Part shown: positions 51,001 to 62,098 of the stretch, piece after piece
How positions within the stretch are numbered: position 1 is the stretch's first letter
Layout of the letters: every line of letters begins with the position of its first letter
Source: Gekko japonicus
Lineage: Eukaryota
Direction: 5' to 3'
Length of the DNA stretch: 64,000 bases
Assembly: GCF_001447785.1 (NCBI RefSeq)
Contig: NW_015164680.1
Location: forward strand, 731,980 to 795,979
Position numbers and translations under genes: made by a program
Notes under the pieces: generated by a model
Database searches by the model: none
Told to the model about the DNA's origin: nothing
What the model saw: the letters and a program-made list of their open reading frames with translations, nothing else

Positions 51001-52045
51001 CAAAGAGCAGGAGTCCAGTAGCACCTTAAAGACTAAACAAATCTGTGCCAGGGGATGAGCTTTTGTGACTCACCAAAGCTCATCCCCTGCCACAAATTTT
51101 ATTAGTCTTTAAGGTGCTACTGGACTCTTGCTCTTTTCTACTACAGTCTTCAGGGTAACTATATGATGTAAGGAGACAGCACACCTTCCTTTTCGGAGCT
51201 GGAAATACAGCTAATTCTTTTGGGTTCGTGAGTTAGAAATACGCAACAGAGACCTTCACAATTTGTGATCCGCCATGCCAGACACAGCTCAGCGGTCCTA
51301 TACAAGCTCAATAAATCTGTTTTGCTTCATCCTTGAAACTAAAACAAAAGCAGGGACAAAGTCAGGACCTGGGGAGCCGCAAACGCATGGCCCAGTAGGA
51401 TGTCTTCAGCTTGACTGATCACCAGTTGTTTAGGCCAGTTGGAATACGTAGCATTCCTTCAGCTGTATGCCGCTTCGCACATTAACGGTTTCGTTCCAAG
51501 TCAGTTGCGTGAGAACTGTACTCAGTGGTCCACCTAATACCTAGACAATCCTTTATGATCCCAGTCTAGCTCCTTGTTTTGAACTGGTGTGAACTGGCAC
51601 AGGCATTAACTGAGGCCATCAGTGGCACTGGATTAGGATCCCCGATAACTGCCCCTTGCCCAATACCTTCAGCACGCTCCCACTTCCTCTCTGCGTTTGG
51701 TTGCATAAGAAACGTGGAAACTTGGGAACGGTAGCATTTTTTTTTTTATTTAAAAGGAGAGCGGTGCTGTCTGGCACGTCTGTGTTTTCAGCTCCGCTCA
51801 CCCGAGGGCAATAACTGTGTTCCCCTTTATAGACCCAGCGGAGAAACCGGTTTTGGGAGTTCATTGAGGAAAGGGAGGGCGGTGATCCCTTTGAGAACGA
51901 CGAGGACGAGGTGGTGACCTTTGAGCTGGGCGAGATGCTTCTCATGCTCTTGGCGGCAGGGGGCGAGGACGACCTAACAGACTCCGAGGACGAGTGGGAC
52001 TTGTTTCACGACGAGCTGGAAGACTATTATGACCTGGATCTATAG
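23373..52045 (+). CDS. MKRN1: Makorin ring finger protein 1 (E3 ubiquitin ligase, C3H zinc fingers + C3HC4 RING), 8 exons, 1479-nt CDS, 492 aa
   Basis: join(23373-23590,37105-37233,41118-41344,43885-44111,48631-48845,49579-49689,50171-50309,51833-52045); all introns GT-AG with consistent phases; makorin motifs throughout and the MKRN1-type acidic C-terminus ...[18 protein letters not shown]. Confidence 0.97.
31178..31382. mobile_element. Fold-back Penelope-type short element
   Basis: Inverted arms cagtagaacagcta...tagctgttctactg with the same internal motifs. Confidence 0.6.
32770..33480 (+). mobile_element. Degenerate L1/Tx1-like LINE 3' end
   Basis: [13 protein letters not shown]...PPTIESW resembles an ORF2 C-terminus; AT-rich 3' UTR ending AATAAA plus an A-run. 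Confidence 0.5.
34294..34530 (+). mobile_element. tRNA-derived SINE
   Basis: Same head and tail motifs as the 8073 copy. Confidence 0.7.
34950..35900 (+). mobile_element. Degenerate non-LTR retrotransposon 3' end
   Basis: CPCG...[17 protein letters not shown]-type zinc knuckle typical of LINE ORF2 C-termini. Confidence 0.5.
37105..37233 (+). CDS. MKRN1: MKRN1 exon 2 (C3H zinc fingers 1-2)
   Basis: [19 protein letters not shown]...[15 protein letters not shown]; tttcag| and AG|GTACAG. Confidence 0.96.
38623..38725 (+). repeat. 36-bp minisatellite, about 3 copies
   Basis: Units taac(c/t)tgca...gcagtg(g/t)tgatgtat start at 38623, 38659 and 38695. Confidence 0.85.
39950..40046 (+). mobile_element. 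RTE/BovB-type 3' tail
   Basis: gtccatggggtcgcaaagagtcggactcaactgtgcgactgaac(aac)n; second copy at about 62614-62672. Confidence 0.8.
40248..40981. mobile_element. CpG-rich PIF/Harbinger-like MITE in MKRN1 intron 2
   Basis: 14-bp imperfect TIRs GGGTGCGGTCAGAC / GTCTGAACACACCT flanked by a 3-bp duplication TGT. Confidence 0.6.
41118..41344 (+). CDS. MKRN1: MKRN1 exon 3 (includes the PAM2-like motif [14 protein letters not shown])
   Basis: YEHTKPLK...[16 protein letters not shown]; ccttcag| and G|GTAAGT. Confidence 0.96.
43885..44111 (+). CDS. MKRN1: MKRN1 exon 4 (C3H zinc finger 3 and makorin Cys-His motif)
   Basis: [34 protein letters not shown]; ttcccag| and AAG|GTAAGG. Confidence 0.96.
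44395..45150 (-). mobile_element. L2-clade LINE reverse-transcriptase fragment
   Basis: [15 protein letters not shown], a frameshifted YADDTQ motif, and [15 protein letters not shown]...KLQLV..AAARLL. Confidence 0.85.
45179..45384 (-). mobile_element. About 205-bp hAT MITE, same family
   Basis: Reverse copy; TSD cactagaa. Confidence 0.9.
46983..47189 (+). mobile_element. About 205-bp hAT MITE, same family, nested in a Penelope-type element
   Basis: Near-identical to 19065-19270; interrupts the host element's aggagtcc...caccttaaagact motif. Confidence 0.85.
48631..48845 (+). CDS. MKRN1: MKRN1 exon 5 (most of the RING finger)
   Basis: [31 protein letters not shown]...[14 protein letters not shown]; gtgcag| and AA|GTGAGG. 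Confidence 0.97.
49579..49689 (+). CDS. MKRN1: MKRN1 exon 6
   Basis: [36 protein letters not shown]; ttccccag| and AG|GTATGA. Confidence 0.96.
50171..50309 (+). CDS. MKRN1: MKRN1 exon 7 (C3H zinc finger 4)
   Basis: [30 protein letters not shown]; tttccag| and AGA|GTAAGT. Confidence 0.96.
50968..51146. mobile_element. Fold-back Penelope-type short element in MKRN1 intron 7
   Basis: Near-perfect hairpin: aagagcaggagtccagtagcaccttaaagactaa ... ttagtctttaaggtgctactggactcttgctctt. Confidence 0.7.
51833..52045 (+). CDS. MKRN1: MKRN1 exon 8, coding part
   Basis: [15 protein letters not shown]...[41 protein letters not shown] then TAG; acceptor cccctttatag|. Confidence 0.95.
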   Translation, partial: TQRRNRFWEFIEEREGGDPFENDEDEVVTFELGEMLLMLLAAGGEDDLTDSEDEWDLFHDELEDYYDLDL

Positions 52046-52530
52046 CACCTCTCTGTGGAGTTTGGACCGTCGGCTCAGCGTTCAGGCAGTAGCTCTTTTC
52101 CTGTGGTGTCGTGGCAGTGCCTGTGTTTTTCTCCTAGGCAGGCCTATCCATTCCAGGTGCTGCTGTTGTAATAAACTTACCCAGGGTCTGTCTCCTTCCC
52201 CCCACCCCCACCCCCNNNNNNNNNNNNGGGCAGAAGTTGGCCAACGGGCCTCTCTTTCCACTATGGACTATGGAAACAATTTTTTTAAAACTTCAAAGAT
52301 TTCTGGCCAGCAGCGACTTTCTTGGTTGGCTTCAGCTCCATTCCGATACCCTTCACTCACCCCGATGTACATGTGTTCATTTGTGGTTTTGGTCTCTTGT
52401 TTACTTGCACATGACTATTTACTACTGTGTAACCAGAACCAGGCACGAATGTTCCGGGTTTTTACTGTTTGGCATGAAAGGCAAACGTGTTTGTGTGTGA
52501 AAGGAGAACTTTCTATGTTATGTATATACA

Positions 52531-52536
52531 AATAAA
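52531..52536 (+). terminator. MKRN1 proximal polyadenylation signal (candidate)
   Basis: AATAAA preceded by a TGTA element, about 490 nt after the stop codon. Confidence 0.45.
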
Positions 52537-53343
52537 ATGCAAAGTTGTATCCCAAGGGCTGGGCAACTTGATATATCTATATCTATATATGTGTGTGTAT
52601 TAAAAGTTTTCACTCCCCTCCCCCCTTTATTCTTTTCTCATACACACGAAACACCCCACACCTTTCTCCAGTGCACGGTCTGACATCCAAACTGGACAGG
52701 GAAGCAAATGTTGTGGTCTCAGCCAAACCTGTGGAAATGGTCTTTAAACCAGCTACTATAATGTGGGCGTAAGGCACCTTCTTAATGACACCAGCACATG
52801 CACACGCACCTCCTGGTCACCCCCGCACTCCTTTGGTGGGTGGCCGCATCGGAACATGGTTAGCCAAAGAGGGTTTTGACCTAGCAGTTGTCCAGTAAAT
52901 TGTCACCATGTTGGAATCTCTTTGCATCAGTTTTTGCAATGTTGCAGACTATCATAGTTGAGCAAACTTTTTATCTAGGCAGTCACTTCTGCATCCCAAT
53001 TTTAAAAAGGGGCTCAGATGCCTCACAGAACTTCTGATATGGGCAGGTGGGGCTGTTCAGTATGCATGCTACTTTACCTGTAGAACCAAAGAGCCATTCA
53101 ATAGCCAGGCTCTAGTTCTGTTAGGAAGAGCTGCAGATGCTACCAAATTCCTCTCCTTCCCTAATCCTCCAATGGAATTTTAACCTTCCATTACATCTAA
53201 TGCTGCTGGATTTCCTTGATCTGTTCTTCCGCTGCTTCTGTCCCCTTTAGATTGTGTCTCCTTTCACTTTTAAATGGAATCAGAAATTATTGCTGAAGTC
53301 TGTGTTACTTTGCAGCTGCCTTTTGTAAGAAGCACTTTTCCCA

Positions 53344-53360
53344 AATAAAAAATGATTAAA
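53344..53360 (+). terminator. MKRN1 distal polyadenylation signal (candidate)
   Basis: AATAAA followed by ATTAAA, with upstream TGTA and downstream T/GT-rich sequence. Confidence 0.55.
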
Positions 53361-54234
53361 AAGCACATTGGTATTTACATTTTGAAACTTCTGTACCTGT
53401 ATTTTCTTATAGTAATCTGTGTACTTTCAACACAGAATGCATCTCTTTCCCCTCTCCCCACACACACACACTTAAAGTTTCTTATCTGACTTCTGGAAAT
53501 ACCATTTCCTGTCCTCTGCAGCAATCCAGGTACCAGCCCTATTGTTTGAGGCACTTGGATTGTGTCCGTTGTTATTCAGAAGGCAACAGAATCTGTTTTT
53601 TTAAATCATGTCACAGTTCAAAATTTATACTCTGTTCCTTATTCTATAGAATGAGGAATCTTCTCCCTGTGATCTCTCTACCGTCCCATGGATGGTTTCT
53701 GTGTCTGTGCAGAAGCAGCTTTGGAACGTTCTAGAGCTTTTGCTGGAGTTGGTGCTGAAACCACCACCCCCTGCCGCCAAAGAATTTTTATTTTCTGCAT
53801 GTCTCAAAGGAAGAGGTGAATACCTTCCTAGTCACTTCTTTTGATGTGCTCATTATACCTGTGAGAACATTCTCTTCACTTGTTCACGCGCGAGTGCTGG
53901 TTTCTCTCCCCATCTCTGCTTACTAATTAAGACTTCCTTTTCTGTTTTGGCTTAGTTTTAGGAGGACCTGATCCTTTTAATTGCTTGCTTTTAAAAAAAA
54001 TTTGGTCTGCTCATGCATGAAAAGTCAGTTCTGCTGGATTAAACAAATTTCAGTCCATGATCATTGGCCTCTGCCAGGAGTGCGACTAAGTGTCTCAAAT
54101 CAGAGGATGCTGACTGAGTTGTCTTGGCTTCTGGAAGGCACACGTAATGCTCCAAATTGGAACAGTAAGATTCTCAAACAGAAATTGGCAGTTCCATCCT
54201 CAACACACAGTATGGACCATGGATGGATCCAAGG

Positions 54235-54808
54235 TGTCATGACCCCCTGTAGGTCGCCACCTTCAGCTGCCACCACTCTGGACTTTGGGTCCCTTGAGAA
54301 GGCCCAGAGTACCCTCCCAAGCCCATCCAAAATGCCCCTTTTTAAGCCAAGAACATAGGCGTGATGACCAGGCAGAGAACAAACAAATGGTTTATTAACA
54401 CAGTAATGGGGCACTGAAAACAAGACAAGGTGCTTAATATATATATAACAGTGTTTAAAGGCAAAATAATCAAATCTAATGTGACTACCTATTTCACTTA
54501 ACTAGTTACTGTTTCAAGGCCCACAGCCCTCTTATACCAGGCATCCTGCCTGTACTCACTCTGTCCCAAGTGAGGGATCTTTTCCTCAGACCAGACTGTT
54601 CCCTCAATTTAGCTCTGTGAGAGACAAGACTGCAGAAGAGAAAGAACAGTTTCACGGTTCAGAAAGCTTAAGTTCCATTCCCTCACACAATCTCTGTACA
54701 CTGATTGGCTACAACTGTTGCTAAGCATTGTGGGGGTTGTAGGCTATCTGCTCTCCACTCCCACACAGGCCTCTAGGCCTTTCTCCCAGGCCTACACTGA
54801 TCATGACA
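54235..54808 (-). mobile_element. Solo LTR (574 bp)
   Basis: TGTCATGA...TCATGACA inverted termini and perfect 5-bp TSD caagg; minus-strand TATAA (about 54532-54536) upstream of a minus-strand AATAAA (54391-54396). Confidence 0.75.
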
Positions 54809-57800
54809 CAAGGCTAATGGAGCTGGTTTATGAAGGGGGGTTTTGCCGCCCTCTCTGGCTTTGGAAAAAGCTCCAGGGGTGGCACTGGTGCAGACTGCAG
54901 CAAGAAGGGGGAAACAGGCAAAAATTGACCCCCACTGCAGGTCATAAATACATCAGTCCAGTTTCAGAGCTTTCTACAATTTCCCTTGCTGTAGTCCACA
55001 CCCAGTATCTTGTCCATCAACCCTCAAGACTGGCTTTCTGTGGGCCGTGTTGGGGAGTGGGAAGGCATCATCTAACTTTTCAGTGAACTTGCTCAGTTTG
55101 CAGAAGGGGTGGATCCATCAGAACTGAAAGCAATACTGCCATGCCACAAGCCTTATTATATTGTGGTTATGTGCCTCTCCACCCATAAAAAAACATTGGG
55201 AGGTCTTGGAGGCAAACACTTTCAAGCCTCCAGATGGTTTCAGGTAAGACAGAGCATGTACTGTCTTGCTAATGACTTTGTAACCAGAGTGTGATTTTAG
55301 ACTGCTGATCGAGCATCCAATGAAGAAAGGAAACTAGAACAATACATGGTGGGCAATACTATGACAGACCTTTTATTCAGGGAACTGAAGTTAGGGACGA
55401 TATGAAAAGCAGCTGCATGTGTTCTAGCCCCCCTCCTCTAGCATTTTCTTTAATGACATTTTAGATTCTGTAGATAGTAGTGATTGAATCTCTTTAAACT
55501 GGCTACTGGGCTTTGGTTCATGGATTTACTTGAGTGGCCATGGCCATTTTTCATATGCCCATCATCCTTTGGTAAAAGAGCCTGAACCTCGTCAGCTGAT
55601 AATAGCTGAGGCAAGTTCTAATCTATAATTACAACTTCAGTACTAACAAAGGGTCTAATCCTGTGGATGTAAACAGAGGAATGGAAAGAATATTGATGCC
55701 AAAGATTCGGTTGTGGAAGAAGTTAAAGCCATCTTTATTCTTGCTTATTGGTACGCAACAGCCTCCGTAAGATTATGTTCAGGGAGCAGTGTGACAATTG
55801 GCAACACTTGTTCATAAGTGAAACAAGAGAGAAAAAATATTGACAAGTGAAGCAAAATGAATTTTCTATGTTGGGAAATTTGCCCAGACTTGAAGGAGGA
55901 CACACCAGAATGTGCTAGTACTTATACTCCAGTTCTACCCTATTCCTCTTTCAAGGCCCCATAGTAGCTTACATGATCCTCCTCTCAATTTTTACTCTCC
56001 CAACAATCCTCTGTTGTATACTAAGCTGAGGAGTGAATAGCCCAAGGTCACCCAGTGAGGGGGTTTGAACCACTGTCTTCTCACTTGTGGCCAGACACCA
56101 GAGCCATTACATCCCACTGATGCATGATGGCAATAGATCACAAAAAGTCCTTGACCTTTCTCCCATGTGCATAGTATCTCACTGGTGGGGCTCAAGGAGG
56201 GATTAGAGGCTTCTACATGCTCAGCCCAGGGCATGGTGGATAGCCCACTGTATGCCCCCCCACCCCATATGGCAAAGTTACAGGGACCAGGCCTCACCCT
56301 AAAGGCCGTGCCAGAATTTTAGTTCATTCATTAATTAGTTCAAAGTGCCATCATATTATTCCCAATAAAGATTTAATATTAAAGTGTACTAAGGATAATC
56401 AAATAGCAAAACAGTACTCTATCATGCCTTTATGTGTTTTTTAAAGAAGGACAGACCCAGTATAAACACAGCTGCTCCTTTGTTCACCATAGTGATGACC
56501 TGGCAATTACAGTTTATAGCTATAAGGGACATACAATTACTAACCACACACATTCGTGCGATCAGTGGTTCCTCCATATGCTATGATTAGCCCTTCTACC
56601 CCAACTTCAGCTATAGTAAAAGTAGAATTTTCCCCCTTTTAATGTAACCATTGTTATAGTGTGCGTTAATGTGTGCCTGTTGTAGGAGTTAGATACCACT
56701 TAGAGAGTCTTTATGGGTAACGAATTCCTTTTTAGGGACGGGCAATGTAAAAAGGACTACATTCCAATGCAGCGCAGTCCTGGGTTTTGAGGACAACTGC
56801 CCCTCCCCCACGGAAGAATCAAGATCCCTTTTCTTCTTGATCAAAAGCGACCTTTCCCTTTTGCTTTGACATAAGATTGTAAGATACAACCCTCCCGAAA
56901 AAACATCTAGAAATGACATATCTGATTTCCTTGGCCATCTGATCATTAGAACAGATCAGACCAAGATCGGCCCCTTATGTAGTCTTCTCATTAAGCAAAA
57001 TGAGAAAAGGTTACAGAATCAAACTCTACCAGCCACCACTCCTAAAGGAAATCCACATGTTGTGCGTCCACTTCAAGCCATTTCAAAAGAGAACAGGAGA
57101 AGAAACTTTCATACACCCACTTACTGCAACTGAATCTAACAGAATTTAGCAACGGCATTAGTCACCACTTGGTGGGCAGAAAAATAGTTTACTGCGTAGC
57201 TGTTGCAAAGAAGCCTGGTAGCTGCAATTCATTCTGTGAGGGATTGTTTTCAAAAACCAGTGTTGATCAATCCTTATCCAACATGCTGAACAAGTTCCAA
57301 GTAGTTTTTGTACATAGATAAGGAAAAAACACAGATGCAATAACTTTGAAGTTTAACATTAGCAAAACAAGGGACAGGGAACTGATACAGTTTTAGCAAT
57401 TCTTTATGTTCAAAACTAAATCACTTCTAAGTAAAGAGACTGAATTATTTATAGTGCCAAGTGGCAGAAAGGAGCTAGTCACATCCAACAGTTATTTGTG
57501 AAGAAATTGCTCCACAAAAATAGTAAATCATTGCATTGTGGGGCAATCAGAGGAAACTGGCAGATCAATCAGATTTACTAGACTACAATGAAATTACTAG
57601 ACTTTTTAGGAGTCAACTGAGTGATAGCAGTGCAAGTATGCAGCTCTGAGCTATACATGTACAAAAACCAAGATGCTAGAGTAGACAAGTGGCCACACTG
57701 CTTTCTCACAGCTACCACCGAAAATTCAGATCAACTCAACAGGCTGCCATCTTTTTATGGCTATGTTAAATGATGCCCCGCTCTTGTTAAAGTTCTTCAC

Positions 57801-58029
57801 AGTTCTTTCCTGGTAAGCTAGTGGCTTCCAGAAGACCCTTTCCTTCGTTGCAGGGTAGCACCACCAGTTTTGACCTCCACAACCTGCTTTGACCATGGCA
57901 ATAAGGAGTGGCATCTACCTCTGGAGAACAGGTCAGCACTGTATGGCTGAATTAGGGCCACAAGCCAAGGCTAGACAGGAAACTCAAATAATATGGACCA
58001 CCAGAAGTGCTTCTTCTTGAAGCTTCTCA

Positions 58030-58295
58030 TCAACATGAGCAGTCAGACTTGTCAAGCTGAGTGGTCATCACTGGCCTGGTGTCCAGATAAATGCTGCCTG
58101 CGGGACCATTCTCCCCACTTAGCTGCAAGGCATTTCTAGCCATGAGCTCTTTAGCCATTAATATGAAGACCTCATCAACATTTTGGGCCTCTTTGGCTGA
58201 GGTCTCTAAGACAGCCAGTAGACCATGCTTCTCAGCCAGTGTGCAAGCGTCTTCAAACAGGACTTGGCGCTTCTCTGTTTCATCTGACTTATTCC
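58030..58295 (-). CDS. RAB19: RAB19 last coding exon
   Basis: GNKSD...ETSAKEAQN...DKSDCSC then TGA; acceptor ttttttcag|. Confidence 0.95.
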
Positions 58296-61200
58296 CTGAA
58301 AAAACAAAAGAGGATTTAGTATAACCATGTGACATTAATTCACAGCAATGTAGCCTTTGCTCTCCAGCTTTACAGAAGTTCCATGGTTTACAAACAAAAT
58401 ACTTTACTACTTGGAATTTCCCCCTTTTTTACCGTCAAGTTGCAGCCGACTTATGGTGACCCCTGTAGGGTTTTCAAAGCAAGAGATGTTCAGAGGTGGT
58501 TTGCCATTGCCTGCCTCTGAATAGCGACCCTGGACTTCCTTCCAAATACTGACCAGGGCCAATCCTGCTGAGCTTTTGAGATGTGACAGACTGTCCAGGA
58601 CTCAGGGCAATTTTTCTCTAGAAAGCCAAAATTAACTGGATGGTTCAAATTCTGAAAGCTATGGAAACGAGCCAACCAAAACAGGTTAGAATGGAATCCC
58701 GTTGAACTCTGCAGGGTTTTCTAATGTGTATTTAGAACTTCAGTTTAATGTGAATAAGCTGAACCTACCCCAAGAAGTGGGGTAGCAAGCCCCTCTTAAG
58801 TCTGTCCCAGTAATTCTTCCTTCTTTAAGTTTGGTTTACCCTACTTCAGAAAACAAGGGCTGTCCAATATTACAGGCAAAGCAAGAAATCACCACAAAAA
58901 CCAAGGATCAAGATGATGTAGGAAGGAGGAAACTCCTGCAGCAAGGTGACTAAGCTGACCACTTACCTATCAACATCAAGACCAAGTTAGCTGCACCATA
59001 CTTTTCAATCTCATGAATCCAGTGAGGGATAGACTCAAAAGTGGACCTCCTTGTCATATCATAGGCAAGAATAGCACCATGGGCACTGCGGTAATAACTC
59101 TGGGTGATTGTGCGGAAGCGTTCTTGGCCTGCTGTGTCCCACACCTGGATCTGAAAGGGAGAGTGGTGGGAAACACAAATCAATGAGACAGCCAAGTTCT
59201 AACTATCAGACAAGCAAATCTAAGATGGCCAGAAAGAGGGAAAGTTTTTTTTAAAAAAGTGGCAAGCTGCAATACAGTATTGAGTGCAACGGTTTGCAAC
59301 CTTTTATAATTAAAAAGCCAAACTATATCAAAATTCAGAGCAAGAGTTCAACAAACAGCCAATATAAAAGAGGCCACATGCAACACTATTGATAATTGGC
59401 ATGTTGTTTAATACTCCATGAGTTTTCCATTGCCCAAACTCTGGTTGTTGGGAGCCCTTTATTAGGAAGCAGCATGCATGACATTTCACAATGAGTAATA
59501 AATATACACAGCAACACTCTGCACAATTGTTTTAATGCACCTGGAACAAATCTGTGCACAGTTCTCACTTGATTTACTGGCAACTGCTCACCTCTGTAAT
59601 TTCCTTTTCTGTAAAACTCGTCTACAAGGTTCTTGAGCTGAGTCACATACAAATCTGTCTGCCATTCCTTTCACATATTGGTTATTCTAGCATTTCACAT
59701 CCCCCTCCACTGTACCTTAAAGAGTTCATTCACATTTTTATAGAACAGTATTTGACTCTACAGCTCTACAGCTATAGGATGTAGTACCACGAGAGTCGTC
59801 CTGCTGACCACCCTTAACCCCACAACTAATCTAGAACAGATGCAACTTGCAGATCTTAAGTATTTCAGTCATAAATCTCCACCATGCTTACAGCCTGACT
59901 TCAATATATTAGAGAATCTGTAACCAGTTACTAAGTCAACTATATTGGTAAACTGCCAAAATCTGGATCTATGCGCCCTTTTAGGAGAGGGGAAAAGGGA
60001 AGAACAAACAGGTGACATCCTGGCTACATGCCACATTTCCCCCCAGGGACTTTCCCTGTCCACGTGGACAGGTGTGTTTGGAAGTTTCATGTTTCCAAGA
60101 TATGCACAAGCGCAATTTGGATGAGGACTATGGTGGGTGGAGAGAAGGGGCTTAAACCTCCCCCATTTTATCAAACTAACTGGCCAGGCATGGGAGAGGA
60201 AAGGCTGGATAAAGATGAGAGTATTCCAGTGGTTAGAGTGTATTGGAAACTATACCTAGAAATGTTGTACTCTGGGAGAGACAGCAGTTCACCAGACTAG
60301 CAGCAGTCAAGAGCCAAACAATGCAGTTGGTAGGGTTGACAACCTCCAGGTGGTGAGGCCTGGAGATCTCCACACTAAAGAGATGATTTTCCCTGTAAAA
60401 ATGGCTACTCTTTGGCATTAGACTCTGCTGCGGTCCCTCCCCAGCCTCCACCTCCAAACCTCCAGGAATTTCCCAACCCAGAGTTGGCAACCCTAACAGT
60501 TGCGCATCTCCAGAAGGGCAACGCTTGGCCCATACTCTAACGGGAGAATGATCTAACGTCAGCACAGGGGAACAGAACAGCACTGTGTTGCCTCCACTGG
60601 GAAATAACACTCTGTCGGGGGCAGTGATGTTCTGTGTTCTTGGTGCTTGGAGGGCAACAGTGGGAGGGCTTCTGGAGTTCTGGCCCCACTGGTGGACCTC
60701 CCGATGTCCCCTGGGTTTTGCCCACTGTGTGACACAGAGTGTTGGACTGGATGGGCCATTGGTCTGATCCAACATGGCTTCTCTTATGTTCTTAAATTCC
60801 CCCATGCCATATCCTCCCTTCGAAGCAGCCATTTTCTCCAGGAGAAATGATCCTTGTTGCCTGGAAATCCGTTCAGATTCTGAGAGATCTCCACACCCCA
60901 CCTGGAGGTGGGCAACCCCACATGGGGATAAAAATAAGCACGACAGCAGAGTCACCATTAAGCTCTTTGATGTACTCCTCCCACTTGGAGATCATCTTGG
61001 AGGAGATTTAGTTCCTGATGCTGCTGTGTTTGTGCCTGGATGAGGCAGCAGAACTCAGTTCTCACACTCCTGTTGGTGCCTTCGGAGAGCAAAGCAGCTT
61101 GAAAGAACAGCTGCAGTTGGACAGAAGACACACCAGTTTCCTTTCCTAAGGGGACATAAGAGCTCCTCTTCAGGGCCTCTAATATGTCAGCGACACTTTG

Positions 61201-61772
61201 GATAACGAGCTGTTCATCTGTATTATTTGTGTCCCTGCACACAAAATATAGTTAGATTTACCCTGGCAGGACAGATCTCCAAGGACAAATCCAAGACATT
61301 TTAGTTTCACCATGAATAATATGTGCCCTAGAACTAGCTAACATAGGGCAAAATCTATAGGAAGTTCTCTTGTACTAGCATCAATTAAATAAAAAACACC
61401 ACTTTCCAGATGATTTCAGTAGGGCTTGAGCCGGGAAATTTCAAATGGGTTGCGCCTGAGATGGTCGTCTCACCTTGCCCTTCATAACACAGCCATCTCT
61501 GATCTCCATCACCCACATGGCACATCCAAGAAGTTTAAGGACAGCGCACTTTTTTGGTCAAAGACTGCACCACTCACCTTGACCTTCTTGCCATCAATCT
61601 CCAAGGAGCGCACTGTGAAGTCCACTCCAATGGTGTTCTGCTGCTTCACATAGTATTGCCCTGACTTGAAACGATGCACCACACATGTCTTCCCGACGTT
61701 GGAATCTCCGATCAAAATGATCTTGAACAAGTAGTCAAAGGCCTCATCAACCTCAGAGGTGGAGAAAGCCAT
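58030..61772 (-). CDS. RAB19: Ras-related protein Rab-19, 3 coding exons (61772-61578, 59150-58967, 58295-58030), 214 aa
   Basis: GDSNVGKT P-loop, [39 protein letters not shown] and C-terminal CSC prenylation motif. The [21 protein letters not shown] segment and the position tail-to-tail with MKRN1 favour RAB19 over RAB43. Confidence 0.93.
58967..59150 (-). CDS. RAB19: RAB19 second coding exon
   Basis: [13 protein letters not shown]...LVLMLI; ccctttcag| and G|GTAAGT. Confidence 0.95.
61578..61772 (-). CDS. RAB19: RAB19 first coding exon (exon acceptor at 61801; 5' UTR exon not identified)
   Basis: accATGG Kozak; [29 protein letters not shown]...KKVK; donor AAG|GTGAGT. Confidence 0.93.
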
Positions 61773-61886
61773 GGTCTTCTTTACCCCCAAGTGTCTTTGC
61801 CCTGGATGAATGAATAAAAGGGAAGATGGAATTCAAGGCGTGACAAAATATCTTCACAAGGACGCAACTGAATTATTAGGATCTGA

Positions 61887-62098
61887 GGAGTGGCTGTGGC
61901 TCAGTGGAAGAGCCTCTGCTTTGCATGCAAAAGGTCCCGGGTTCAGTCCCCGGCATCTCCTGTCGAAAAGCCAGGTGTGCAGTAGGTAATGCAAAAGACC
62001 TCTGCCTGAGACCCTGGAAAGCCACTGCCAGTCTGAGTAGACAATACTGACTTTGATGGACCAATGGTCTGATTCAGTATAAGACAGCTTCTCATGTG
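61887..62098 (+). mobile_element. tRNA-derived SINE (tRNA-Ala-like head) in a RAB19 intron
   Basis: tggctcagtgg A box, tttgcat anticodon-like loop, ggttcagtccc B box, followed by a non-tRNA body. Confidence 0.8.

Noticed and set aside
56643-57015. Possible second solo LTR (TGTAACC...GGTTACA)
   Set aside because: Inverted termini are present but there is no matching target-site duplication.
58030-61772. RAB43 as the identity of the Rab gene
   Set aside because: Sequence details ([25 protein letters not shown]) and adjacency to MKRN1 fit RAB19.
61887-61960. tRNA-Ala gene
   Set aside because: Imperfect acceptor stem and direct continuation into a repeated SINE body.
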